NCBI GenBank assembly: GCA_963786955.1
Contig: CAWBAT010000006.1
Coordinates: forward strand, 768,001-832,000
Direction: 5' to 3'
Source of the DNA: an uncultured Acidimicrobiia bacterium
GTDB taxonomy: Bacteria; Acidobacteriota; Terriglobia; Versatilivoradales; Versatilivoraceae
DNA length: 64,000 nucleotides
In this document: positions 49,397 through 59,555 of the stretch, piece after piece
How the letters are laid out: each line of letters opens with the position of its first letter
Numbering within the stretch: position 1 is the stretch's first letter
Notes under the pieces: generated by a model
What the model saw: the letters and a program-made list of their open reading frames with translations, nothing else
Database searches by the model: none
What the model was told of the DNA's origin: nothing
Made by a program: the position numbers and the translations under genes

Positions 49397-50610
49397 TCCA
49401 GATGGGCTTTAAAGACGTTGGCAAGTTTCAGGATTCCAGCACGGATATTATCTTCATTTTCTTTCGAGAATGCCAGTCGGAGCGTATTGTGTCCTTCCCC
49501 ATTCACAAAAAAAGGTGCACCAGCCACAAAAGTTACCTTCTGCTCATCAAACGCGACTCGCAACAGCTTTTCGCTATCCAGGAAATCAGGTAACGTGAGC
49601 CACAAGAATAGGCCGCCTGCCGGAACCTTCCAATGAACGACTTGAGGCATCGAGGCTTCAAGGGAACTCAGCATAACTTGGCATCTTCTTCGGTAAAATT
49701 CGCGGATCTGCGGGAGGTGTCGCTCGATAACTCCGCTCCGCCAGCATTCTGCTACGATGCGCTGATCCAGCATGCTTCCACAAAGGTCTGCGGCCTGTTT
49801 GACGATATCGATTTGTTCAATGATCGACTCTGGCGCGATCATCCACCCCGTTCGCAAACCCGGGGACAGGATCTTAGAGAAGGTGGATAAATAGAGGACC
49901 ACACCCTCCTGATCGAAAGCCTTCAGTGGCAGTAGCTGTCTGGCAACACTTTGATCAAAATAAAGTTCCCCATAGGGATCATCTTCAATAATCAATAGAT
50001 TATGCCGAGATGCCAAATGAACCAGCGCCTTTCTTTTCTCAAGGGAGAGCGTGATCCCGGATGGGTTTTGGAAGTTGGGAATCACATAGATCAGTTTAAG
50101 TCGGCGACCGGACCGGGTAAGATCTCGAATCGTGGTCTGAAGGTGTTCGAGATCCATTCCATTACTGTCCTGTCGTACTCCAACCAGTTCTGCTTGGTGC
50201 TTCCGGAAGGCTGCCAGCGCCCCAATGTAAGTCGGGAGTTCGACCAAGACGACATCCCCAGGATCTACAAATAGTTGGCCCACCAAATCCAGAGCCTGTT
50301 GAGATCCACTGGTGATCGCCACCTCCCCTGTTGAAACAGACTGGATTTGCCGCCGTCGGGAAACCTCGACAACGACTTCGATCAATCCAGAATATCCAAG
50401 GGTTAAGCCGTACTGGAGTGCCGCCTGTGCGTCATTTTCAAAAATATGATCGGTGACTCGTCTAATGGCTTCGACCGGAAAGGTGTCGGCACTCGGTGCG
50501 CCAGCGGCAAAACTGATCACCCCGGGTTCTTGAGATATTTTCGCCATTTTCCGAATCGGCGAGTATTTCATACGGCTGGCGGCTTGAGAGAAGAGTGGCC
50601 GATAGTCCAT
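49393..50610 (-). CDS. PLP-dependent class I/II aminotransferase (LysN/MocR-like)
   Basis: ISFAAGAP, ALQYG, TSGSQQAL, PNFQNPSG, EDDPYGEL, STFSKILSPGLRTGW. Confidence 0.92.
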   Translation of the reverse strand: MDYRPLFSQAASRMKYSPIRKMAKISQEPGVISFAAGAPSADTFPVEAIRRVTDHIFENDAQAALQYGLTLGYSGLIEVVVEVSRRRQIQSVSTGEVAITSGSQQALDLVGQLFVDPGDVVLVELPTYIGALAAFRKHQAELVGVRQDSNGMDLEHLQTTIRDLTRSGRRLKLIYVIPNFQNPSGITLSLEKRKALVHLASRHNLLIIEDDPYGELYFDQSVARQLLPLKAFDQEGVVLYLSTFSKILSPGLRTGWMIAPESIIEQIDIVKQAADLCGSMLDQRIVAECWRSGVIERHLPQIREFYRRRCQVMLSSLEASMPQVVHWKVPAGGLFLWLTLPDFLDSEKLLRVAFDEQKVTFVAGAPFFVNGEGHNTLRLAFSKENEDNIRAGILKLANVFKAHLE

Positions 50611-50837
50611 AGCTGTCCTCGAGAGCACTTTACCCGACGAGCAAATCTAGTTTCATCACATCCTCCCCGGTTGTCTATTGCAGCGCCAAAAATCTTGTAG
50701 AGACCTCTTCCGCGAGGAAAGCGCTGCCCAGACGAAAAGGCCACTATTGGAGATTTCTGAAACGGTCACGCTTACCATTCTGACGCCTTGGTGCTTCGAG
50801 GAATCTTGTGATGGCATGAAAAATCGACGAGACGGGC

Positions 50838-51677
50838 CTATTTGGAATCTTCTGAGCTGGGAAAAGATTTCCCCGGAGGCAGAGCGGCATCGTTTCGATG
50901 CTTGATTAGTTGAACAATTTTGATGACAAAGCCTGAACCGGCGTACACGGTCGCAATCAATAACAAGACAACCTGCGAATAGAGGTAAATCAGGGCTATT
51001 AAAAGTGCCAGCAAATAGAAATTAAGGTGAGACTTTCTGCTCTTTAAATCGATGTGTTTAAAACTCGGGTAACGGATCGTGCTGATCATCAGAAAGGAGA
51101 GGAGGCCCACCAAAATATTCCATAGCGTGCCCACACTCCAGTGGGCTATCGGGACCGGGTCAAAATGGATGATTGCGGCGATCAGCCCGGCGCCGGCTGG
51201 AATCGGCATTCCGACGAAGTCTTTTTTCACAGTCGGCGGCACATTTTGAGGCTGGGGCCGCGTCGAATGGATGTTGAAGCGGGCCAGACGCATGGCTCCG
51301 CAAATAACAAAAGCGAAGCTGACAATCCAGCCGATCTGCTGAACATGCTTCGCAACTGGAGGGATCGTGGGGGCTATAGACTTCGAACCCCAAACATAGG
51401 CCAAGACCGCCGGAGCCAGCCCAAATGTGATCACATCCGCCAGCGAATCCATCTGAACACCAAATTCGCTGGTTGAATTCGTCAGGCGTGCGATCCGGCC
51501 GTCCATGCCATCACAAACGACTGCAAATCCCAATGCTAGCGCAGCGAGGTCAAATTCACCCTTCATCGCATTGATCACGGCATAAAAACCGCAAAAAATG
51601 GTTCCGATCGTAAACAACGTCGGGAGGATATAGATTCCTCGCCGCTGCCGTCTAGGACTGTCTTCAACCCTGGACAT
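50838..51677 (-). CDS. pssA: CDP-diacylglycerol--serine O-phosphatidyltransferase
   Basis: DGMDGRIAR...SEFGVQMDSLADVITFGLAP, RLARFN, FVGMPIP. Confidence 0.93.
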   Translation of the reverse strand: MSRVEDSPRRQRRGIYILPTLFTIGTIFCGFYAVINAMKGEFDLAALALGFAVVCDGMDGRIARLTNSTSEFGVQMDSLADVITFGLAPAVLAYVWGSKSIAPTIPPVAKHVQQIGWIVSFAFVICGAMRLARFNIHSTRPQPQNVPPTVKKDFVGMPIPAGAGLIAAIIHFDPVPIAHWSVGTLWNILVGLLSFLMISTIRYPSFKHIDLKSRKSHLNFYLLALLIALIYLYSQVVLLLIATVYAGSGFVIKIVQLIKHRNDAALPPGKSFPSSEDSK

Positions 51678-52278
51678 TTACGGCCCTCCCTATGACTGTT
51701 GAACCACCTTTTACTCTAACGCCTTTTTTGACCGAAGGAATTACATTTACTGGAAGGGTAAGGTCTACCCGAGAACCAAATTTGATCAACCCGAAACGTT
51801 CCCCCTTTTGCACAGCCTCCCCAGTCTTCTTCCAACAAACAATTCTTCGAGCAAGAATTCCCGCAATTTGGCTGACTTTAATTTTATATGACCCGTGGTC
51901 AATCACCAAGACATTCTGCTCATTCTCGGCCGATGCGTTGGGATCAAAAGCTGGCTTGAATTTCCCGGGTCTATATTGAGTGCTCTCAATGATCCCATCA
52001 ATGGGTGCTCGATTAATGTGGACATTAAAGATCGAGAGAAAAATGGAGATTCGCGTTGTCCCATCGCTTAGTTGCAGGATCTCAACGACCTTGCCATCCG
52101 CAGGTGAGACAACCACGGAGGGATCCTCAGGGATTTTTCTCTCCGGGTCTCTAAAAAAAAAGGCGATAAATAAGGAAAGAATCAGAAAACCAATCGCCGG
52201 GGCTTTGCTCCCATACATCCAAAATAATGCGGTAAGAATGAGAAGAGGAATGAGATAAGGGATTGCATCTTTAGCCAT
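51664..52278 (-). CDS. psd: phosphatidylserine decarboxylase proenzyme
   Basis: FFRDPER, VSPADG, IFLSIFNVHINRAP, QIAG..ARRI, KFGSRVD cleavage motif; probable ATG at 52278. Confidence 0.93.
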   Translation of the reverse strand: MAKDAIPYLIPLLILTALFWMYGSKAPAIGFLILSLFIAFFFRDPERKIPEDPSVVVSPADGKVVEILQLSDGTTRISIFLSIFNVHINRAPIDGIIESTQYRPGKFKPAFDPNASAENEQNVLVIDHGSYKIKVSQIAGILARRIVCWKKTGEAVQKGERFGLIKFGSRVDLTLPVNVIPSVKKGVRVKGGSTVIGRAVNVQG

Positions 52279-52291
52279 GAAACGGCCTTTC

Positions 52292-52324
52292 AAAAAAAAT
52301 AAGGGGAATCACATGATTCCCCTT
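52292..52324 (-). terminator. intrinsic terminator hairpin + U-tract
   Basis: AAGGGGAATCA-TG-TGATTCCCCTT followed by ATTTTTTTT on the minus strand. Confidence 0.75.
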
Positions 52325-52404
52325 GAGGTGCGCATGAAAATTTACGGCCGGGAGATAGATAAGCAATATTATGGAAAGAGAAGACGGAATCTATCCTTCG
52401 AGAC

Positions 52405-52641
52405 CTAATCTTTATCTTTTTGCTGGCGGTACTTAAGAATCATTATCTCCATCTGATCCTTTACATGTAATTTCTTTTTTTTCAGAGTCACTTCCTTGAC
52501 CTTCTCTTCTTCCGATAAGAAATTCTTGTGAGTCAGCTTCGATAATTCTTCGTCATAAGACGAATGCTCCAGTACCAGCCGTCTAAATACTTCACTTGAC
52601 TGCAAGAGAAGTTCTTTGATCTCAAGGGTCCCTGATTCCAT
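52405..52641 (-). CDS. DUF465/YdcH family small coiled-coil protein
   Basis: FRRL..EH..YD..L...LKKKKL..KD pattern; RBS AAGGAGG. Confidence 0.8.
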   Translation of the reverse strand: MESGTLEIKELLLQSSEVFRRLVLEHSSYDEELSKLTHKNFLSEEEKVKEVTLKKKKLHVKDQMEIMILKYRQQKDKD

Positions 52642-52765
52642 TCCCCTACCTCCTTTGTTAAAATGCAGAAGATTCTCCACCCTCCAGCAACCCACCTACC
52701 CTGAAACGTAGCATAACGAAAAAATCAAGACAAGAGCAAATGCCCGGTTGAATTCTGCGGGCGAA

Positions 52766-53539
52766 CTACAAGTTCAAGTATTCTTTCAGCCTCTTGGAAT
52801 GCGAGCGGCTCACGGGAATCTCCGTTTCTTTCCGATCGGCCATCTTTAGCTGAAGCGTTCGATTAAACCAAGGAACCACTTCTTTGATCTTATTGATGTT
52901 AACTAGGTAAGAACGATGAACCCTCCAGAAAATTTCAGGGTCCAAATTCGCTTGCAATTCCTCGAGCGTGCGGAAATTCGTCTCGCCCGTCAATTCTTGA
53001 GTAGCCACTTGAACGACACTCCCCGACACACTGGCGTAAATCAAATCTTCCGAGTCAACCAAGAGATTGCGGTTCTTATCTTTCACCAGGAGTTTAGACT
53101 TTTTCGATTTATGCTCGGGGGAAGCCATCAGGCTGATCAGATTCTGCAGTTGCCCGCTCATCTTGCTTTCTGACTCAAGCTGCTTCTTGACCCTCTGAAC
53201 GGCTTTCTCAAGGCGGCTTCTCTCAATGGGCTTCAAGATGTAGTCCATTGCGTGAATATCAAAGGCCTTGACCGCATACTGGTCGTAAGCAGTCACGAAG
53301 ATTACTTGGGGAAGAACATCTTTCTTGGAGAGCTGTTCGACTACCTTGAAGCCGTTCAAACCAGGCATTTCAATGTCCAAGAAGAGCAAATCCGGCTCAA
53401 GATCCTCCACCAGTTTGATCGCCTCGACTCCGTTGTGTCCCTGGCCAATGACTTTGATATCCGCCAAGGAGCTAAGAAGGAAATTCAGTTCTTCCAACGC
53501 CGGCTGCTCGTCATCCACAATAATGCATGAAATGGGCAT
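52766..53539 (-). CDS. LytTR family response regulator
   Basis: IIVDDE, FLDIEMPG, FVTAYDQYAVKAF, FWRVHRSYLVN, PVSR. Confidence 0.95.
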   Translation of the reverse strand: MPISCIIVDDEQPALEELNFLLSSLADIKVIGQGHNGVEAIKLVEDLEPDLLFLDIEMPGLNGFKVVEQLSKKDVLPQVIFVTAYDQYAVKAFDIHAMDYILKPIERSRLEKAVQRVKKQLESESKMSGQLQNLISLMASPEHKSKKSKLLVKDKNRNLLVDSEDLIYASVSGSVVQVATQELTGETNFRTLEELQANLDPEIFWRVHRSYLVNINKIKEVVPWFNRTLQLKMADRKETEIPVSRSHSKRLKEYLNL

Positions 53540-53553
53540 CTTTCTTCTCTATT

Positions 53554-54864
53554 CTATCTCCTGGCCATGCCTTCCTGGACGGGAAACTCAATACACGTAA
53601 ACGTCCCCTGCCCTGGAACGCTATTCACCTCGAATACGAAATCGGAATGGTAAACCACTTTCAGCCGTTCGATGATGTTACTGATTCCAATCCCTGAGTT
53701 GTAAATTTTGTGGATCTCCGCCTCAGGAATCCCCACTCCATTATCTTGCAATTCAATTTTGATCTTGTCTAGGTTTCGAGTCGTCCGAATCTTGATTCTC
53801 CCTCCTTGGATTTTTGGGCCAATTCCATGTTTTATGGAGTTTTCGATGATCGGTTGGAGAATCATGCTCGGGATCATCACGCCAAGGGTGTTGGATTCCA
53901 CCTCTTTTTCGATGAGCAGTTTATCCCGGCCAAAGCGCATGACTTCAATATCCAGATAGTTATCAATAAACTCTAATTCTTCACGGAGAGACACAAAGTT
54001 TTCATGCCCGTGGAGTAATTTCCGCAAGATATGGGAGAGCTTGATGACCATCGTCCTGGCCGTGTTGGGGTTGGTCCGAATAAGCGAAGAAATCGAGTTC
54101 AGCGTGTTAAACAGGAAATGCGGGTTGATTTGATTCGCCAGGGCGTCCAGTCGAGACTTGACAACCAGCACTTCTTGCTCCGCCAACTTCATTTCCAGAC
54201 GAGTGGTATTCCAAATTTTGAGAGTGAGGCCGACGCAACTGAGCATCCCAATAAATATCAAAAGCATGATCATGGGATTGGGCGAACGAATGGTAAAAAG
54301 CCATCTTTCTGGTAAGCTCTTATCCAGGAAATAAATGAATCCTCCGGTAAGAAGACAACTTGAAAAGAGGATCAATTGCCAGACAACTTTATTTAGACTC
54401 TTCCCGGAGCGGAGTGATTGCACAATGTTAAAGGGAACGAAGGGCGAAAAATTCCAGATTTCTTCCTTGCGAGGACAAATATTGCGCAGCAATCCGCTCG
54501 ATAATCCAATGATAGCAGCTACCGGCAGAAGCATCCACTCATGGTAGAACATCGCCGTTAATCCAACCAGACTCCCGACAATTAATCCCACTACATAACC
54601 TCCAAGCAAGCCCGCTACCAATGTGCCTTCAATGCTCAAGTCAAATGCCTCATAACCGATACCGCAGCGGATGCCGACGCCTACGGCCAAAGGAACTCCC
54701 CAAAACAAAATTAGGTTCAGTTTTTCAGGGAACTCGCGCGGCTCTGCGTACAACGTTTTTTTGAATTTGAGCGAACGAGCCAAAAGGGCGGCCAAGGAGG
54801 CAATAATCCCCAGCTTAACCAGCAAGATGATGAGGATATCCCGATTAATAGAAAAGAAATGCAT
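53554..54864 (-). CDS. LytS/YehU-type membrane histidine kinase
   Basis: Multi-TM N-terminus, QINPHFLFNTLNSI, LQPIIENSIKHG, DNGVG. Confidence 0.92.
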   Translation of the reverse strand: MHFFSINRDILIILLVKLGIIASLAALLARSLKFKKTLYAEPREFPEKLNLILFWGVPLAVGVGIRCGIGYEAFDLSIEGTLVAGLLGGYVVGLIVGSLVGLTAMFYHEWMLLPVAAIIGLSSGLLRNICPRKEEIWNFSPFVPFNIVQSLRSGKSLNKVVWQLILFSSCLLTGGFIYFLDKSLPERWLFTIRSPNPMIMLLIFIGMLSCVGLTLKIWNTTRLEMKLAEQEVLVVKSRLDALANQINPHFLFNTLNSISSLIRTNPNTARTMVIKLSHILRKLLHGHENFVSLREELEFIDNYLDIEVMRFGRDKLLIEKEVESNTLGVMIPSMILQPIIENSIKHGIGPKIQGGRIKIRTTRNLDKIKIELQDNGVGIPEAEIHKIYNSGIGISNIIERLKVVYHSDFVFEVNSVPGQGTFTCIEFPVQEGMARR

Positions 54865-55236
54865 TGAGCGCAAATCAGAGGACTGCCGAAATCCGGTTCA
54901 AAACGATCGATTTGAATTCCTGCCGTAAATTGAAGCGATTCGCTGGGCAGCTGGCGGAAGGCAGCTCTAGAATAACTGAAATCAGTCCCATTTTCACTCA
55001 ATCATTTAATTGGGGTAGATTCACCGACTCTTTTGCGTTTTGGCGGTGTCCAGCGCATTGAGGTGCTATTGAACCTATCCAACTGCTGCCTTATTTCAAT
55101 AATTTACCACCCCACTTATTCACTAAGATCCTTTAATCCCATTAGTTACGCCGTGGCCATCCCATTGCTTTTGGTCTGGTTACGAGCACGGTCAGCAAAC
55201 TAACACGATGGGACAGAAACCCAATAAGGAGGAAAT

Positions 55237-55737
55237 ATGAAAGGCAGATTCTCATCACAAGCAGCGGTCCTGGGGATTCTTCTCGTGCAAGGGCTTGGGT
55301 TGGCACAAGACACAAAGAGTGTGGAAAGAAAAGGCGCCGGCTATGTCTTCGCGGCACCGGGAGTACAGGTCGATGGAGGCTATGGGCTCTTCGGATTCGG
55401 GGGCGGAGGCGAGGGCCTCTTGAAGGCAGGGTTTGGTATTTCCGCAGATGTTGGGTATTTGTACTACACTCAGGGCGGATTTAACGATGGCTTTGGTCTC
55501 TTCTCGCCGGGAGTTCTCTATCAGTTTCAACGCAAAAGTAAAGTGGTTCCATTCGTCAATGGAGGGTATTCCCTGGCTTTTCGTGAATCCGTCCTCAATA
55601 TGGTCTATTTTGGAGGAGGGGTTAACTATTGGCCCAAGAAGCGCTTGGGACTGCGATTTGAAGTCCGTGACCAGCTCTCACCCAGTGACGTACGTGACAA
55701 TCTGTTACAGTTCAGGATTGGTCTCCTGTTTCGTTAA
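55237..55737 (+). CDS. small outer-membrane beta-barrel protein
   Basis: Signal peptide, alternating aromatic/Gly strands, GLRFEVRD, C-terminal FR. Confidence 0.75.
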   Translation: MKGRFSSQAAVLGILLVQGLGLAQDTKSVERKGAGYVFAAPGVQVDGGYGLFGFGGGGEGLLKAGFGISADVGYLYYTQGGFNDGFGLFSPGVLYQFQRKSKVVPFVNGGYSLAFRESVLNMVYFGGGVNYWPKKRLGLRFEVRDQLSPSDVRDNLLQFRIGLLFR

Positions 55738-55988
55738 GTATCAAATGTGCAAGGGACAAGGAGCAAGCAACAAGAGAACCCGGGGAAAGGTTAAGAACTC
55801 CCCCCACATAACACGGTTGCAAAAGGTCTCTTCTTGATGGAAAGTAGGACCGACTTACTGTCAGCGTAGAAGAGATTTGTGGGATTACCGGTTCCGTCGT
55901 GTGACCTGGGCAAGTTTCACGAACTTTGGCCCTTCAATCTGCACTTCGCTTCAAGGCGAGATTCAAAAATTTCAGCACAGGGGATCCA

Positions 55989-56825
55989 ATGAAAATATCA
56001 CTCTGCAATGAAGTGATACGGGAAATGGGGTTTGAAGAGCAATGCCGCTTTTGCAAGAGTCTGGGCTACGATGGTTTAGAGCTGGCTCCCTTCACGATTG
56101 ACGAAAATCCTCACTTGATCCCCTCGGCGAAACGGGTACAGCTCAGAACCACAGCGGAAAACGAAGGTGTACCGATTACAGGTCTGCACTGGTTGCTGGT
56201 ATCGCCAAAAGGTCTGTCAATAACCGGTAAAGAGCGGAGTGTTCGTCAAAAGACGGTGGAAGTCATGCGCGGTTTGGTTGAACTCTGTGCCGATCTCGGG
56301 GGAAAAGTTCTTGTTCATGGATCTCCCTTACAAAGGAAGATTTCGCCTGACGACAACCCGGACGAGGCATGGAAAAGGGCATTGGACTGTTTTTCTGAAG
56401 TGGCAGAACTGACCGCCCAAGCCGGTTTGATCTACTGCATCGAGCCGCTCGCTCCACAAGACACTTCATTTGTAAACACGGTCGAACAGGCCGTGAAAAT
56501 GGTTAAAGCGCTTGGAAATCCTGCTTTCCGCACCATGATCGATTGCTTTGCCGCAAGCCATTCCGAAACCCAATCCATTCCTGATTTGATTCGGCATTGG
56601 GCTCCTACAGAACTTCTTTCTCACATCCATTTTAATGATAAGAATCGAAGAGGGCCTGGCCAAGGAGAGACTCGTTTTACCCCGATACTTGCCGCTCTCC
56701 GCGAGGTGGAATATCGCGGCATGATTGGCGTAGAGCCATTCGATTACTACCCGGAAGGACCCACCTGTGCGGCCCAGGCCATTGGCCGGATCAGAGGCAT
56801 TCTTGAGACGCTTGACGGCATCTGA
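55989..56825 (+). CDS. sugar phosphate isomerase/epimerase (AP-endonuclease-2 TIM barrel)
   Basis: GYDGLELAP, LHWLL, VHGSP, CIEPL, HIHFND, GPGQG, VEPF. Confidence 0.88.
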   Translation: MKISLCNEVIREMGFEEQCRFCKSLGYDGLELAPFTIDENPHLIPSAKRVQLRTTAENEGVPITGLHWLLVSPKGLSITGKERSVRQKTVEVMRGLVELCADLGGKVLVHGSPLQRKISPDDNPDEAWKRALDCFSEVAELTAQAGLIYCIEPLAPQDTSFVNTVEQAVKMVKALGNPAFRTMIDCFAASHSETQSIPDLIRHWAPTELLSHIHFNDKNRRGPGQGETRFTPILAALREVEYRGMIGVEPFDYYPEGPTCAAQAIGRIRGILETLDGI

Positions 56826-56863
56826 AATTCATTCTCGAGGACTGTTATGCAAGGGTTGGAAAT

Positions 56864-56908
56864 CCCCCTCGCCCCCAGCCCCTCTCCCACGGCGCTGGGG
56901 AGAGGGGA
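56864..56908. repeat. CCCCTC.CCCC...GGGAGAGGGG palindromic REP
   Basis: CCCCTCTCCC / GGGAGAGGGG inverted repeat between convergent genes; GTAG-type hairpin at about 56936-56958. Confidence 0.65.
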
Positions 56909-57062
56909 GCCGATATAAGACAGCATGGGAAGTTTGTAGCGGCGCTCTAAGAGCGCCGTCTAGGTAGTTCATTTACGGTGGATTCCTCAGCCCCTGGTTT
57001 GCCTTTCCTCCAACTCAAGATTGCAAACGAAAAATCTGACCCTTCATGACGCCCACAACTCG

Positions 57063-57656
57063 TCAATTGGACTTTTCGATGTGCAGGTTGTTGGCTACTG
57101 AAGAAACCTCAGAAACAGAATGGGCTTGGATGTTTGCGATAGTCTTGTCTGATTCATTTTCAAGCACCCCTTCAAGGAAGACTTTCCCATCTTTTACAAT
57201 GATATGGATTGGAGGCACTGCTTGCAGGGCATATTTAGCCAAGGTGGGATGTTGATAGATGGCGCGATAGACATTCCGCCGAATACTCACGTCAATAGGG
57301 GAAACAGGAAGGACCTCCACGTGGTTCGTGACCTCTTCAACACCCTCAATTTTCTTGATGGCCCCTTCAGCATCACTCTTTAGAAGAGATCGGCTTACCT
57401 GCCCCAAGAGCTCTACCGTCCTGCCGTCTATTTGAAAGGCGAGATAGTCGAAAACGGTATAGTCAGGAAGTATTTCCAACGCTTCGCGAACGAGCTTCGC
57501 CAATTGTTGTTCCGCTTGTTTGGGCTCTCGTTTCGTCTTCAGTTCAGATTTCTTCTGGCTATCCTTGTCCTGGGCCAATGCCATGGCCAGCCCACTCAAG
57601 GTAAGATACAAAACTAAAGCATAAATTCGAATACGGAGGGATCTCGATTGATGCAT
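57063..57656 (-). CDS. dual BON-domain periplasmic protein
   Basis: Signal peptide; VELLGQV, GVEEVTNHVEV, IHIIVKDGKVFLEG, VANNL. Confidence 0.88.
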   Translation of the reverse strand: MHQSRSLRIRIYALVLYLTLSGLAMALAQDKDSQKKSELKTKREPKQAEQQLAKLVREALEILPDYTVFDYLAFQIDGRTVELLGQVSRSLLKSDAEGAIKKIEGVEEVTNHVEVLPVSPIDVSIRRNVYRAIYQHPTLAKYALQAVPPIHIIVKDGKVFLEGVLENESDKTIANIQAHSVSEVSSVANNLHIEKSN

Positions 57657-57791
57657 GCGCACTCCTCCTCCCAGGGGGGATACAGCGGCCTGATCATAGT
57701 AAAGGAATTCTGGTTCCGTCAATTGAGTTTTTGATATGAAGGGCCGGAATGGAAGATCCCAGAATACCCGTGTGGGTGAGTCTGTTTCCCG

Positions 57792-59288
57792 CTAGATATA
57801 GGCCCGCTCGGCTTGCCGTATGGCCCGGTACCGGGCAAAGATTTCTTCTTCTTTTTCCAGGCCCAGAAAAGACCGCAGGGTCATTCCTCGATAGGTGTGA
57901 GACAGCATTTTGTGTCCGTTGCGAAGAACAAACCAGGGGTCATGCCTCAAGACAGCCGGGAAGTGATGCGACTTCATGGCACGTTCCGCTCTCCAACGGA
58001 GGAATTCAATGTCATGTGTCGAAAGGTGTTCGCTACGAACGACAGCGGTGGTTCCGTCGTACTCTTCCAGCTTATCGTTAATGATGAGGCCACGATCCTG
58101 AAAGTCCTTGGTCATCGGAGTACGAGGATAGGGTGTAGGATGCTGAATATAGGGCCAGTCCACGTATTTGCTGGCAAATTCTAAATTCGCCAAAACAGAT
58201 TCCTGGGTATCATCCGGGTTCCCCACAATCAGGCCTCCAATAACAAACATCTTGTTCTTGTGAATATAGTCAATCGCCTTCAAAGTGGCGTTGCCAATCT
58301 CCCGCCCATTTTCCCGTTTGGCGTTTTTGGAACGGGCTTTGAGAAATTTCAAGTCATCTTCCAAAATGTTTTCGATGCCCAAAAATACATACCGCATGCC
58401 TGCCTGGCGCATTTTCGGAGCCAGGGTTTCGCCGTGATTAGCAATGGCGGAGGTCATGGCTTGAATGGAGTAATCAATTTTATGGAGCCCCGCTTTGACG
58501 ATAGCCTCGCAGAGAGCTTCAAAGCGATGCACATCGAGAGTGATGTTATCGTCAACAATAAAAATGGCCCGCGCGCCATGCTCATGGGCATCCCGGATAT
58601 CAGAGATCACTCGGTCAAAATTAAAGGTGTGGAAGTTGCGTCCCCGCATCTCAATGATGGAGCAGAAACTGCAATCAAAGGTGCAACCACGTGACGTCTC
58701 GATCACATCAATGGGCCGGCCGAGGAAAGTGTATCCCGTCAGCACGCGTGCCCCACGGTTTGGCAAACATAGACCATTTCCATTCAAATGGTCGATGGGC
58801 CGGTCCTCGTTGTGAATGAAGTGATCCCCTTGACGGAACGACAACCCAAGAATCCCATCAAAACTGCTGCCCGATTCCATCGCCCTCAATAGATCGCGGA
58901 AGGTAAACTCTCCTTCGCCCCGCACAATAAAATCAACGGCTCCTGGCGAGCGATCCGTGTAACCTTCCACAGCAAGACTCGGATCATACCCACCTACAAC
59001 GATGCGAACATCGGGGTTCAAACTGCGGACAAGCTCAATGATTTTCTTGGCCGTTTTTCGCTGAAACGTCATGACCGAAAGGCCAACGACATCTGGCTTA
59101 CACTTCTCAACCAATTGTTCAACGGTTTGGCGAACTCGGTCTTGAACGAGAATCAAATCTGCCACCGCAACTTTGTGATGAGAATCAATATTGCCGGCGA
59201 GCGAAATCAGAGCACCATTGGGCATACGAATCGCTACCGTGGGCATATGCTCAAAGGAGTCGGGCATGGACAAAAGGAGTATGTTCAT
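57792..59288 (-). CDS. B12-binding domain radical SAM protein
   Basis: PDVVGLS, IVVGG, DFIVRGEGE, ETSRGCTFDCSFC (CxxxCxxC), FIVDDN, LGIEN. Confidence 0.92.
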   Translation of the reverse strand: MNILLLSMPDSFEHMPTVAIRMPNGALISLAGNIDSHHKVAVADLILVQDRVRQTVEQLVEKCKPDVVGLSVMTFQRKTAKKIIELVRSLNPDVRIVVGGYDPSLAVEGYTDRSPGAVDFIVRGEGEFTFRDLLRAMESGSSFDGILGLSFRQGDHFIHNEDRPIDHLNGNGLCLPNRGARVLTGYTFLGRPIDVIETSRGCTFDCSFCSIIEMRGRNFHTFNFDRVISDIRDAHEHGARAIFIVDDNITLDVHRFEALCEAIVKAGLHKIDYSIQAMTSAIANHGETLAPKMRQAGMRYVFLGIENILEDDLKFLKARSKNAKRENGREIGNATLKAIDYIHKNKMFVIGGLIVGNPDDTQESVLANLEFASKYVDWPYIQHPTPYPRTPMTKDFQDRGLIINDKLEEYDGTTAVVRSEHLSTHDIEFLRWRAERAMKSHHFPAVLRHDPWFVLRNGHKMLSHTYRGMTLRSFLGLEKEEEIFARYRAIRQAERAYI

Positions 59289-59555
59289 GAATTGGCTCCT
59301 GATTTCTTCTTGATCTATCGGGGCTGCAGACAGTCTATCGGACGTTCAGAAGAAGTCAAGGGCAGGTTTCAGGGTGTGTCAGGTTTCAGGGGATGAGGTC
59401 AAGCGGAAAGTACAGGACAGGTTAATCATTCAAACAATGGAAGCTCCATGATGATCTCCCTTAAGCTCAGGGGGAATTCTGGGAAAGCCGCCCCTCCACC
59501 GGAGGGAAGAAGGGCGGCTAAGAAAATCCTCCAAGTTCAATGCCTAGAGTCTTGC

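Noticed and set aside
55185-55225. c-di-GMP-I riboswitch-like GCAAAC...GGGAC
   Set aside because: No GAAA-tetraloop stem or downstream GCAAA/P3 structure
59363-59392. Direct repeat CAGGTTTCAGGG x2
   Set aside because: Only two short copies; not CRISPR-like and no assignable function
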